DNA of 36,990 nt from a virus. Taxonomy: Duplodnaviria > Caudoviricetes. A program made the position numbers and the translations under genes. This document shows positions 25,574 through 33,947 of the stretch, one piece after another; within the stretch, counting starts at the first letter, position 1; each line of letters starts with the position of its first letter. The notes under the pieces were generated by a model that saw nothing but the letters and a program-made list of their open reading frames with translations, was not told where the DNA came from and ran no database searches. The stretch lies in IMG/VR virus record IMGVR_UViG_3300017754_002147, positions 1 to 36,990 of that record. One strand, 5' to 3'.

Positions 25574-26825
25574 TGTCTTCAATAGCGACGAGGGTCTGCT
25601 GGGCCTGAGCCTGCTGTCTGCGGCAGGTCCAAGTGCCGCGCCAGCTTCGCTCGGTCAGCGCATGGCCGGTGCCGTGCAGTCGTATCGGCAGCAAAAGAGC
25701 GCCGAAGAAGAGCGCCGTATGTTGCAAGCGTATCGGCAGGCGCAGATGCAGGCCATGCAGGAGACGGCAGAGGACCGGCAACTTGCGCGAGACGACCGCC
25801 AGATTGCGCGGGAGCAAAACCAGCGCAAGCAGCAGATTCTCGGCCAGCTCTTCCCCCCGGTGACTGGCCCGCAAGCGGTCAGCATGGCGGGCGGACCGAC
25901 CAACGCTGCTGCCGAACTTCAAGGAAGCCTGCCGAAGGTGGACCCGGACACAATCGGGCGCTTGGTGCTTGGCGGAATCGTCTCGCCGGAAGCAGCAAAG
26001 GCCTACACCGACATGGGCGGACGGCCAAAACTTGGCAACATCAGTCCCGAGAAGTACACGCCGGAATCGCTGGCACGGTTCAGCAGCACCAACAATCTGT
26101 CTGACCTCGTGCCGGTAGAACGGCTCGACCCGAACAAGCCGTTCATGTACCAGAACGGACAAATCGTCCCGAACCCCGCCTATCAAGACTACGAGCTTCG
26201 CAAGGCAAGCGCCGGCAGCACGCGCGTCAACGTCCCGGTTTCGGTTCAGACCGGCGCGACCTTTGGCAAAACGCTGGCCGAAGACATCGGCAAACAGGTT
26301 GGCGCAAGTCGAGATGCAGCGATGGGCGCGGTGCGCTCGCTGGACACCATCGGTCGCATCGAGAGTGCAATCAACACTGGGAAGATTTCTTCCGGTCCGT
26401 TTGCCAATCAGGAAACCGTGTTCCGTCGGGTTGGCGAGGCGATCGGCGTGGGCGGCAAGAACAACCAAGAGGTGCTGGCAAACACGCAGGCTGCGGTGAA
26501 GGGGCTGGCGCAGCTCGGTCTGGACGCTGCAAGCCAGATTCGAGGCCAAGGTGCCGTGACCGAGAACGAGCGCTTGCTGCTCCAGCGCGCCGCTTCTGGT
26601 GACATCACCCTGACGCTGCCCGAGCTCAAGGTGGTAACGGATGTTGCGCGTCGCGCCGCGAACTACAACATCGGCACGCATCAGCGAAACGTGGAGGCGC
26701 TTTCAAAGAACCCGGATGTCGCACCGTTGATGCCGTTCTTCCAGACGCCGCAACCGTTCTCCCCGGTGACGCGGCCCACCATGCGCTGGAACCCGCAGAC
26801 CGGCTCTTTTGACGAGGTGAAGTGA
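25560..26825 (+). CDS. Internal virion / ejection protein
   Basis: GGAGG RBS; MGLLD start; GQGAVTENER motif. Confidence 0.7.
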   Translation: MGLLDVFNSDEGLLGLSLLSAAGPSAAPASLGQRMAGAVQSYRQQKSAEEERRMLQAYRQAQMQAMQETAEDRQLARDDRQIAREQNQRKQQILGQLFPPVTGPQAVSMAGGPTNAAAELQGSLPKVDPDTIGRLVLGGIVSPEAAKAYTDMGGRPKLGNISPEKYTPESLARFSSTNNLSDLVPVERLDPNKPFMYQNGQIVPNPAYQDYELRKASAGSTRVNVPVSVQTGATFGKTLAEDIGKQVGASRDAAMGAVRSLDTIGRIESAINTGKISSGPFANQETVFRRVGEAIGVGGKNNQEVLANTQAAVKGLAQLGLDAASQIRGQGAVTENERLLLQRAASGDITLTLPELKVVTDVARRAANYNIGTHQRNVEALSKNPDVAPLMPFFQTPQPFSPVTRPTMRWNPQTGSFDEVK

Positions 26826-28372
26826 TGCCGCAGCTTGTGCAGGTAGGGTCCGAAATGGTCGAGTTCCCGGACGGAATGTCACAGGCGCAAATTGCTGCTG
26901 CGCTGCGAAGTCGCACAAATAAGCAGTACGACCCTACCGAGGGGATGTCGGGCCCACAGAAATTCTGGGCCGGAGTGGGCAAATCGGTTGCCGATGTCGG
27001 GTTGGGCGCTCGTCAGCTCGTGGGCCTTGCCAACCAGGACGAGGTTGATGAGCGCAAGCGCCTTGACGCTGCGCTGATGAGGACCGGCGCAGGCAAAGCC
27101 GGCAACATCGTGGGCGCCTTTGTGCCCGCTGCCGCGTCGGTGATGATTCCCGGCGCAAATACGATGACCGGAGCTGCGTTGACGGGTGCGGTGCTGAACA
27201 GCCTTCAACCGCTGGAGGAGGACCAGAGCAGGCTCGCGCAGGCCGGAATCGGCGCGGGTTTGGGCGTTGCCGGGCAGGGTGCTGCGAACGTCATCGGTCG
27301 CGCGCTCAAGCCTGTTCAGGCATTCCAGACGCCCGCAGAAACCGAGCTTGTCAAAAAGGCGCAAGCAATGGGCATTCCGCTCAACGCCGCGCAGTTGACC
27401 GGCAGCAAGCCGCTGCGGTGGATTGACTCGGCGCTGGACAACCTGCCGTTCACCGCCGAGAAGCAGGCCGCGCTCAAAGGCGCGCAGCGCGAGGTGTGGC
27501 AGCGCAAGGTCTTGGAGCAAGTGGGCATCAACGCGGACAACGCCTCGCCGGATGTGCTGGGCGGCGCGTACTCGCAGCTCGGCCAACAGTTCCGTGACCT
27601 TTCGGCGCGCAACACCGTTGACCTGGGCAACGACTTCCTCACCGCGATTGCGTCGATTGACACCAACAAGACCCCGTTCAGCAAAGGCTTGGACGATGTC
27701 ATCGACAAGGCGCTGGAGCTGGCCGGCAAGGGCAAGATTTCCGGCTCTGAGTATCAGAAGGTGCGCTCCAGCCTGACGCTGCAAAGCAAGGGCGCGTGGG
27801 CGCAAAACCCGGAGCTGGGACAAGCGCTCAAGACCCTTCGCAATGCGCTGGATGATGCTGCCGGCGCTTCCATGTCCGCCGAAGACAAGGCGGCATGGGA
27901 CCTGGTCCGCAAGCAGTACGCGGCGCTCAAAACGGTGGAGAAGGCGGTAGACCCGATGAACGGGGCGATTAGCCCGAAGAAGTTCATCAACGAGGTGGCC
28001 CGCACCAACCCGCAGGGGGCGCGGTACGGGTTCGGCGACCAAGAGCTGCCCGAGCTTGCTCGAGTGGGCAAAGCGTTCATCGCCGACAACCTCCCGGACA
28101 GCGGGACGGCGCAGCGCTCGTGGTACATGAACCTGCTTCAGAACCCGACGGCGGGCATCGGTGGCGCTGCGGGCTTTTTGACCGGCGGGCCTGCCGGTGC
28201 GGTGTTGGGTGCCGCAACTGGGGCGGTGACGCCGCTGGCGGCGCAGCGTGCGCTTTGGGGCAACTCGCGCTATCTGACCAAAGGTCTGTTGGACCCGGAG
28301 GTCACGCAGCCGGTGCTAAGACCAATACTTCGGGGCGCGTCCATTGGTCTTCTTCCCGAACTCGCGGAATAA
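26822..28372 (+). CDS. Large internal virion / ejection protein
   Basis: VEFPDGMS N-terminus, Ala/Gly-rich, PDSGTAQR motif, hydrophobic C-terminus. Confidence 0.7.
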   Translation: MMPQLVQVGSEMVEFPDGMSQAQIAAALRSRTNKQYDPTEGMSGPQKFWAGVGKSVADVGLGARQLVGLANQDEVDERKRLDAALMRTGAGKAGNIVGAFVPAAASVMIPGANTMTGAALTGAVLNSLQPLEEDQSRLAQAGIGAGLGVAGQGAANVIGRALKPVQAFQTPAETELVKKAQAMGIPLNAAQLTGSKPLRWIDSALDNLPFTAEKQAALKGAQREVWQRKVLEQVGINADNASPDVLGGAYSQLGQQFRDLSARNTVDLGNDFLTAIASIDTNKTPFSKGLDDVIDKALELAGKGKISGSEYQKVRSSLTLQSKGAWAQNPELGQALKTLRNALDDAAGASMSAEDKAAWDLVRKQYAALKTVEKAVDPMNGAISPKKFINEVARTNPQGARYGFGDQELPELARVGKAFIADNLPDSGTAQRSWYMNLLQNPTAGIGGAAGFLTGGPAGAVLGAATGAVTPLAAQRALWGNSRYLTKGLLDPEVTQPVLRPILRGASIGLLPELAE

Positions 28373-28498
28373 CAGGTCTTTGACCTTGCCGTTGGGGATG
28401 ACCCGGTAGAGCAGCATTTTTATCGGGGCAACAATCAGCCCGAACAGGATGAGACCAGCCAGCGGTTTCAACAGAATCGCAATCATCGTTGACGACAT
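28316..28498 (-). CDS. Small antisense membrane protein, candidate superinfection exclusion
   Basis: IAILLKPLAGLILFGLIVAPIKMLLY hydrophobic segment plus basic tail; fills the gap after ejection genes. Confidence 0.5.
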   Translation of the reverse strand: MSSTMIAILLKPLAGLILFGLIVAPIKMLLYRVIPNGKVKDLLFREFGKKTNGRAPKYWS

Positions 28499-28521
28499 AG
28501 CCCGCCTCGCGCGGGCTTTTT
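28499..28521 (+). terminator. Intrinsic terminator before lysis cassette
   Basis: AGCCCGC-CTCGC-GCGGGCTTTTT; near-identical to the hairpin at 15955. Confidence 0.8.
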
Positions 28522-28537
28522 CTTGCCCGCAAAAATC

Positions 28538-28843
28538 ATGGAAAACGCAATCCTCGCCACGCGACTGGACACGCTACACGCCGACGTGGGCGAAATCAAG
28601 GACGCTCTCAAGTCTCTCAGCGAAGCTATCACCAAGCTTGCGCTGGTGGAGGAGCGCCAAGCGCAAACCTCGCAGGCGCTCGAGCGTGCGTTCAAGGCCA
28701 TTGAGCGGGTCGAGATTCGACTGGCTGCGGTGGAAAGCATCGCGGGCAACTCACGGCGCACGACCGTCTGGGTGGACCGCGCGATGTGGTCGGCTGCGGC
28801 TGCGGCCGTCATGTACGTCGCCAAGAAGTTGGGCCTGCTATGA
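28538..28843 (+). CDS. Lysis-cassette coiled-coil protein with C-terminal membrane anchor
   Basis: Heptad helix followed by AMWSAAAAAVMYVAKK. Confidence 0.7.
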   Translation: MENAILATRLDTLHADVGEIKDALKSLSEAITKLALVEERQAQTSQALERAFKAIERVEIRLAAVESIAGNSRRTTVWVDRAMWSAAAAAVMYVAKKLGLL

Positions 28844-28932
28844 CGCTGGAGACGCTGATGTACACCTTCGTAGGCGTTGTGTATGCGTGCATCGGTCTGA
28901 CGTGTTGGGCGATGTGGAGGCTATGGAAATGA
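28840..28932 (+). CDS. 30-aa single-TM peptide (not in ORF track)
   Basis: MTLETLMYTFVGVVYACIGLTCWAMWRLWK*; ATGA overlaps at both ends. Confidence 0.6.
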   Translation: MTLETLMYTFVGVVYACIGLTCWAMWRLWK

Positions 28933-29399
28933 GCTTCGACCGAGCGTTTGCCAAGACCCTCCAGCATGAGGGCGGCTACGGCAACAACCCCGCCGACCCC
29001 GGTGGCGAGACCAAATACGGAATCAGTAAGCGCTCGTACCCGGATGTCGATATTGGCGGCCTCACGGTCGAGGACGCCAAGCGCATCTACCGGCGGGACT
29101 TCTGGGACGCGCTGCGCCTGGACGAGCTGCCCGAGCTGGTGGGCGAGACGGTGTTCGACGCGGCGGTGAATTCCGGCCGGCGTGCTGCCGTGCTTTGGTT
29201 GCAGAAGGCCATCGGCGTGGAAGCGGACGGCGTGCTCGGACCGAAGACGATCGCCGCAACAAAAGCGGCAGATGTGACGGTCACCGTCATGCGCTTTAAC
29301 GGGCAGCGGCTGGCGTTCCTTGCGGACCTGAGAACTTGGAATGTGTTCGGCCGGGGCTGGGCCAAGCGTATCGCCGCCAACCTGATGGATGCCCGATGA
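28929..29399 (+). CDS. Endolysin, glycoside hydrolase family 108
   Basis: HEGGYGNNPADPGGETKYGI, FDAAVNSG, DGVLGPKT, FGRGWAKR; GGAGG RBS. Confidence 0.93.
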   Translation: MSFDRAFAKTLQHEGGYGNNPADPGGETKYGISKRSYPDVDIGGLTVEDAKRIYRRDFWDALRLDELPELVGETVFDAAVNSGRRAAVLWLQKAIGVEADGVLGPKTIAATKAADVTVTVMRFNGQRLAFLADLRTWNVFGRGWAKRIAANLMDAR

Positions 29400-29725
29400 A
29401 CGTCGGCAACGCCATCACCGCGCTGCGCGCCGGTTGGATTCTCAAGAACCCCGAGACATGGAAGTCCCGCCAGAACGCGGTCAACGCGCTCACGGGGCTA
29501 CTGGCGGCTGCGGTCGCCATTGCAAAGGGCTTCGGCTATGACATCCCGGTCACGGACGAGCTGCTGGGCGCTGCTGCTGGCGGGGTCTGGGCTGCTGTCA
29601 GCCTGTTCAACGTCTGGGGCACCACCGCCACCACCGCTCGCATCGGCCTGCCGGCTGGAGGCGGGGACGGTGGACTGGATGCAGAACCGAGCATCACCGG
29701 CACCGGCAGCGAGCTGGGCCAATAA
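29396..29725 (+). CDS. Holin-like membrane protein
   Basis: ATGA overlap with endolysin; two hydrophobic segments. Confidence 0.65.
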   Translation: MNVGNAITALRAGWILKNPETWKSRQNAVNALTGLLAAAVAIAKGFGYDIPVTDELLGAAAGGVWAAVSLFNVWGTTATTARIGLPAGGGDGGLDAEPSITGTGSELGQ

Positions 29726-29768
29726 AACCTTCCCGCCGGTTATCGGCCATATCACCTGTAGGTACTGA
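29538..29768 (+). CDS. Overlapping lipoprotein, o-spanin (Rz1-like) candidate
   Basis: MTSRSRTSCWALLLAGSGLLSA-C lipobox, PPPPP linker, +1 frame inside 29396-29725. Confidence 0.6.
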   Translation: MTSRSRTSCWALLLAGSGLLSACSTSGAPPPPPLASACRLEAGTVDWMQNRASPAPAASWANKTFPPVIGHITCRY

Positions 29769-29770
29769 CC

Positions 29771-30031
29771 ATGCAAGCTCTGCAAACCATCAAGCTCATC
29801 CTCGGCCTGTTGCCGCTCATCCTCGACACGGTCAAGGCCATTGAGGCTGCGCTGCCGGCAAGCGGTCAGGGCGCCGCCAAGCTCGCACTGGTCCGCGAGA
29901 CCCTGCAAGCCGGGTTTCAGGTGGCGACAGATTCCGTCGCCACGTTCGAGCAGGTGTGGCCGGCCATCGAGCGCGTCATCGGTTCGGTCGTGGGGCTCTT
30001 CAACCGCGCCGGCGTGTTTTCTCGCAACTGA
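29771..30031 (+). CDS. Amphipathic lysis-region protein
   Basis: 86-aa ORF directly after the lipoprotein stop. Confidence 0.7.
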   Translation: MQALQTIKLILGLLPLILDTVKAIEAALPASGQGAAKLALVRETLQAGFQVATDSVATFEQVWPAIERVIGSVVGLFNRAGVFSRN

Positions 30032-30048
30032 TTTTCAGGACTTATTCG

Positions 30049-30840
30049 ATGTTTCCTACAAATTTCCGTTCGCGTTTTCAAAGGTCTTTTCGGGGCCAGC
30101 CGCAAGCGTTTTCTTTCAACCGGCAACCGCAGCCAAAGTTTCAGCCGCAATTGTTTGGGGCGGCTAATGCAATGCGGAATGGCAGTGAAATGACTAGCCC
30201 CATGAACGGCAATGCCGGCATGGCCCCTGCAACGGTGACGTCCTCTGCTCCTGCCGGTTTACCTTCCAACCCGCAAACCACGCCGCAGTTTTCAAAGGGT
30301 ACAGCGCCAAAAGGACCGCAAGCGGTAGGTCAGCCATCGGCAATCGGGTCGCCGTCTTTGCAAGGAGGCCCCGCGCTGGGGCAACAAGATTTGTCGATTT
30401 ATGAGCCTGGCAGCGTCAGGTTCATCAACCGAGAAAACGTCAATGAACTTGCGCCAGAGTTTGGCGACGCGGAGTTCAATCGACGTATTGCTGGATACGA
30501 CCCGGCTTTGCAACAGCAGCTTATTGCTGAACGCAATAAAGTTTTGGCTCAAGGATGGACAACCGGAAAACTTGCTAACGAAGGCCAAATCGGCATTAGT
30601 TCGTTGAACCCAACCTACGGGTCGCAGCAGCAAGGCCCAGGCATGGAAGTCGCCGGCGCGTACCAGACGCAACCTTTCGGAGCTGGGCTGTCTGGTGCGC
30701 TTGCCGGGTCGTTTGGTTTCCAGAAGCCCGGCCTTGATGCCACAGGCCAAAACCCGCAGGTGGCAGGCCAGTACGGCTTTGGTGGCGCTTCCGGCGCTTA
30801 TTCCGGCGCAATGCCCATGAACTACGGCGGCCTTCTGTAA
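30049..30840 (+). CDS. Gln/Gly/Pro-rich hypothetical protein (moron-like)
   Basis: AGGA RBS, ATG 30049; lower GC; ends YGGLL. Confidence 0.6.
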   Translation: MFPTNFRSRFQRSFRGQPQAFSFNRQPQPKFQPQLFGAANAMRNGSEMTSPMNGNAGMAPATVTSSAPAGLPSNPQTTPQFSKGTAPKGPQAVGQPSAIGSPSLQGGPALGQQDLSIYEPGSVRFINRENVNELAPEFGDAEFNRRIAGYDPALQQQLIAERNKVLAQGWTTGKLANEGQIGISSLNPTYGSQQQGPGMEVAGAYQTQPFGAGLSGALAGSFGFQKPGLDATGQNPQVAGQYGFGGASGAYSGAMPMNYGGLL

Positions 30841-30893
30841 GGTAGCGCGGGAGGGCTTGGCTGGCGTACACTTAATTGCCAGAAGCAATCCCC

Positions 30894-31134
30894 TTGGTGT
30901 AACTCAGGATTGCTCTACACCATTCGCTACACCAGGCGCCCGGAAACCCGCGCTAACATTGACTGTTGGTTGCCGGCCGTCGGCACCATCAGGACAGACC
31001 CCTCACCCTCTGAAAACCCGCGCCAGTCCTTGTTCTTCGGCGTTGCGGGTCTCTGTCAAGCCCCCTATTTTTTGCTGCATTTTTACACCAAAACCCTCTA
31101 GGCACGGCCTGTTGGTGTAATGTTTTTTACACCA
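30894..31134. repeat. Putative integrase arm-type sites (TACACCA/TGGTGTA x6)
   Basis: Copies at about 30895, 30916, 30928, 31084, 31113, 31128; three on each side of the core. Confidence 0.7.
30973..30988 (+). other. attP core, matching the 3' end of a tRNA-Leu (CCGGCCGTCGGCACCA)
   Basis: T-arm/acceptor-stem-CCA-like sequence in the non-coding gap before int; resembles the leuX end CCGGCCTTCGGCACCA. Confidence 0.75.
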
Positions 31135-31160
31135 CAAGCAACCGAACAGAGGGGTCCGGC

Positions 31161-32144
31161 GTGGCATCGGTGCAACGGCGGGGAACAGCTTGGCGAGCGC
31201 ACGTCTACCGCAAAGGCGTGCGGGAGACGCGCACCTTCGACACCGAGCGCGAGGCGCTGGATTGGGCGATCGCCCGCGAGCAGGAGCTGGAAAGCGGCCG
31301 GGCCGTTGAGGCATCGCAGACTTGGGTGGCGGCTGCGAATCGGTGGCGGCAGCACCGCGAGCTGTCGCGCTCGGACGAAACCCGGATGCGAGCTGTCGGC
31401 GCGCTTGCATGGGCCTGCAAGCCCATCGGCGAGGTGACCAAGCAAGACATCGCCGACTGGCGTGATGCGAGGCTCTCCGTCGTCAGCGCCGGCACCGTCG
31501 CCCGCGAGATGAATCTGGTGGGCAGCGTCTTGCAGTTCGCTCGGCGTGACCTTGGCTGGATTCCCGAGTCACCCATGCGCGATGTGCGTCGTCCGCAGGA
31601 ACCGCCAGCCAGGCGCAGGCTCATTGTCGGCGAAGAGGTCGACGCAATGCTCACGCAGCTCGGCTGGTCGGGCACGGTGGAGAGCGTGCAGCACGAGGTC
31701 GCCGTTGCAATGCTGGTCGCGCTCGAGACGGCAATGCGTGCCGGAGAAATCCTCGGCCTGACTTGGGACCGGGTGCTGGTCAAAAAAGTGCTGCTAGAGA
31801 AGACGAAGAACGGCGACCGGCGAGAGGTGCCGTTGTCTCAGCGCGCCGTTGCGCTGCTTGAGCTGATGCGCGCCAAGCGGTTGCGGCACGTTCGCGTGGT
31901 CCGCACCGGCAACCGTGTGTGGCACATCGACACCGAGACCCTCGACCAGTTGTTCCGGCGGGCGCGCAAAGATGCCGGCCTGTCGGGCTTCAGGTTCCAC
32001 GACTTGAGGGCCACCGCGCTCACGCGACTTGCTGAGCGGCTGACGCCGCTGGAGTTGGCAAGGATGGTTGGGCATCGGGACTTGAAGTCCCTGATGCTGT
32101 ACTACGCGGCGCCGGCCGAGTCCTTGGCCGATAAGCTCGATTAA
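31161..32144 (+). CDS. int: Tyrosine integrase
   Basis: TAMRAGEI, KTKNG, FHDLR, GHRDLKSLMLYY catalytic motifs. Confidence 0.95.
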   Translation: MASVQRRGTAWRAHVYRKGVRETRTFDTEREALDWAIAREQELESGRAVEASQTWVAAANRWRQHRELSRSDETRMRAVGALAWACKPIGEVTKQDIADWRDARLSVVSAGTVAREMNLVGSVLQFARRDLGWIPESPMRDVRRPQEPPARRRLIVGEEVDAMLTQLGWSGTVESVQHEVAVAMLVALETAMRAGEILGLTWDRVLVKKVLLEKTKNGDRREVPLSQRAVALLELMRAKRLRHVRVVRTGNRVWHIDTETLDQLFRRARKDAGLSGFRFHDLRATALTRLAERLTPLELARMVGHRDLKSLMLYYAAPAESLADKLD

Positions 32145-32313
32145 CCCGGCGGGACTCTATCCAGTCCAGCACCTCGTCCTCGGCCCAGCGCAGGTTGGTG
32201 CCGAGCCGGAACCCGGCAGGAAAGTCCCGCCGCCTTGTCAGTCGGTCGCGCACATGACCCTCGCTCATGGAGAGCAGGGCGGCGATGTCGGTGATGGTCA
32301 TGTACTTGGGCAT
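32020..32313 (-). CDS. xis: Excisionase (AlpA-like HTH); start may be 32301
   Basis: MTITDIAALLSMS...DFPAGFRLG..LRWAEDEVLDWIESRR. Confidence 0.8.
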   Translation of the reverse strand: MPKYMTITDIAALLSMSEGHVRDRLTRRRDFPAGFRLGTNLRWAEDEVLDWIESRRVNRAYRPRTRPAPRSTASGTSSPDAQPSLPTPAASAAQQVA

Positions 32314-32456
32314 TGCTTCCTCTCTGCTTCCATCTCGCGCAAATCCATCGCAGCGTCGGCCACGCCGTGCCAGTCTCGGCGGGCAATCATCAGTTGCAGG
32401 TACTCCAACATCACCCGGCGCTGAACCTCCGGGTCGGTGTAGTCGTTCTCGGTCAT
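32298..32456 (-). CDS. Small hypothetical protein (not in ORF track)
   Basis: MTENDYTDPEVQRRVMLEYLQLMIARRDWHGVADAAMDLREME...*; overlaps neighbours by ATGA. Confidence 0.65.
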   Translation of the reverse strand: MTENDYTDPEVQRRVMLEYLQLMIARRDWHGVADAAMDLREMEAERKQCPST

Positions 32457-32644
32457 TCCTGCTCCAGTTCTCGCATTTGCTCGCGCGCGTCTTGGTCAAC
32501 CTCAACCTCGCCGGCCGGTATCTCGTAGGTCGTCCACCGCTGACCGCAGGGGCACTTCCGGTATCGCTTCACCCAGCCGCCGCGAAGCTTTCGGGTGACG
32601 GTCACGCTGGACGCAAACAGACGGCACTCGGGGCACGCGCTCAT
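32453..32644 (-). CDS. Zn-ribbon protein (NrdR N-terminal-like)
   Basis: CPEC...RYRKCPCGQRWTTYE. Confidence 0.75.
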   Translation of the reverse strand: MSACPECRLFASSVTVTRKLRGGWVKRYRKCPCGQRWTTYEIPAGEVEVDQDAREQMRELEQE

Positions 32645-33069
32645 GCGGCTCCCATCTCGACCATCTTGCGGTCGACATAGACAAGCGCCTCGGTGAGCTT
32701 GCCGGTGTGGACGTAGGGCAACTGCTCGTCGCAATGCGCTACCGCCGCACGCAGCACGGCTAGCTCCTCGCCGGTGGGCCGGTAGACCCCGTGCCGCTCA
32801 TGCCGGTCGATGATGGACAGCAGCGCCGTCTTGGCCTTCTCCACCGCCTGGTACTCGCGGTCGCTTTCGGCAAGGGCGCGGCCCATGTAGTTCATCAGCG
32901 TGACGATGGTGGACATGGCGTCTTTGAGCGCTTCCGAATCCGATGAGTGCATCAGCGTGTTCAGGTGCAGATACGCCGGCAGGATGAGCTCCCGGCGCAT
33001 CCGCTCCATCACCGGACGCCCGATTGCTCGGGGCCGGTGCGGCTTTCGCGGTTTCCTGCTTGCTGGCAT
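32641..33069 (-). CDS. Hypothetical phage protein
   Basis: 142-aa ORF in leftward operon. Confidence 0.7.
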   Translation of the reverse strand: MPASRKPRKPHRPRAIGRPVMERMRRELILPAYLHLNTLMHSSDSEALKDAMSTIVTLMNYMGRALAESDREYQAVEKAKTALLSIIDRHERHGVYRPTGEELAVLRAAVAHCDEQLPYVHTGKLTEALVYVDRKMVEMGAA

Positions 33070-33070
33070 C

Positions 33071-33319
33071 TCAGAAGGGGATTTCTTCGTCGATGTCTTC
33101 GGCGGGAATGGTCTTCGGCGCGGCCTTGGGCTTGCTGTCCTTCGGCTTAACCGAGAGAGAAAAGAACTTTCCGCTGCCGTCCTTCTTGGTCTTCACCCAC
33201 GCGGAGAGCCAGTACTCCACGCCGCCCACGTTGATGCTGCCGCTGAACTCCGGGTGGTTGTCCGACTCCCGGCGGTCATTGCGGAAGAGGGTTCCTCGGT
33301 TGGTGTTGTCGTAATCCAT
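33071..33319 (-). CDS. Small single-stranded DNA-binding protein
   Basis: NRGTLFRN...HPEFSG...YWLSAW...FSLSV; acidic DEEIPF tail. Confidence 0.75.
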   Translation of the reverse strand: MDYDNTNRGTLFRNDRRESDNHPEFSGSINVGGVEYWLSAWVKTKKDGSGKFFSLSVKPKDSKPKAAPKTIPAEDIDEEIPF

Positions 33320-33320
33320 C

Positions 33321-33947
33321 TCACAGCTCCAGTTGTTCGGCCATTGCGGCCACTTCATCCAAGAAGGCGGACGCCTTCTCCTCCAGCTCCTCGACCTCGC
33401 CGGGCGCGGGTTCAAACCGCACCACGGCCAAGCGCGAAGCACCTTTCACTCGTGGGTCAAAACTCACGAAATCCACCCATTGCCGGCGCGTGCAAGCCAA
33501 CTGCCAGAGCATCTGCGGCCGGTACTCGTCGGGCACCTGGCCGTCTTTGGCGGCGACGACGTAGCGCAGGTGCGTGGGAGTGGTGGGGCACTTAATCTCA
33601 AGCAGCCCCATCGGGTCGACCAGGCCGTCCGGTGTGGCACCGGCCCAGTCCAGCGCCGGGTGCAGCACGAACACCTCGGGGCCGACAATCTCGCCGGTGT
33701 GCGCCTCATAGGCGACACGCGCTGCCGATTGGGTGTCGATGCCCCATTGCATCGCCGGGGTGACGTAGCTGCTCACCGCCACGCCGGTGGCCCGCTCGGC
33801 CAGCAGGTCGAACATCAGCTTCCTGCGGGCTTCGCTGGGCTTGCCGTTCTTCAGCGTGGCAATGGCGTCCGCCACGCGCGAGGCCGTCAGGCAGCCCCGG
33901 CGTGCGGCAAGCCAGTTGTCGGTGCCGGCAACGGCCTCGACGTTCAT
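33321..33947 (-). CDS. YqaJ / lambda-exonuclease family
   Basis: WLAARRGCLTAS, ATPDGLV, LEIKCP, QMLWQL, DFVSFDPR. Confidence 0.92.
   Translation of the reverse strand: MNVEAVAGTDNWLAARRGCLTASRVADAIATLKNGKPSEARRKLMFDLLAERATGVAVSSYVTPAMQWGIDTQSAARVAYEAHTGEIVGPEVFVLHPALDWAGATPDGLVDPMGLLEIKCPTTPTHLRYVVAAKDGQVPDEYRPQMLWQLACTRRQWVDFVSFDPRVKGASRLAVVRFEPAPGEVEELEEKASAFLDEVAAMAEQLEL

Noticed and set aside
28449-28928. N-terminal extension of the endolysin in the 316-aa ORF call
   Set aside because: It overlaps a terminator and two better genes; GGAGG supports the start at 28929
30973-30988. tRNA gene
   Set aside because: Only the 3' 16 nt are tRNA-like; no upstream cloverleaf, so interpreted as the attP core
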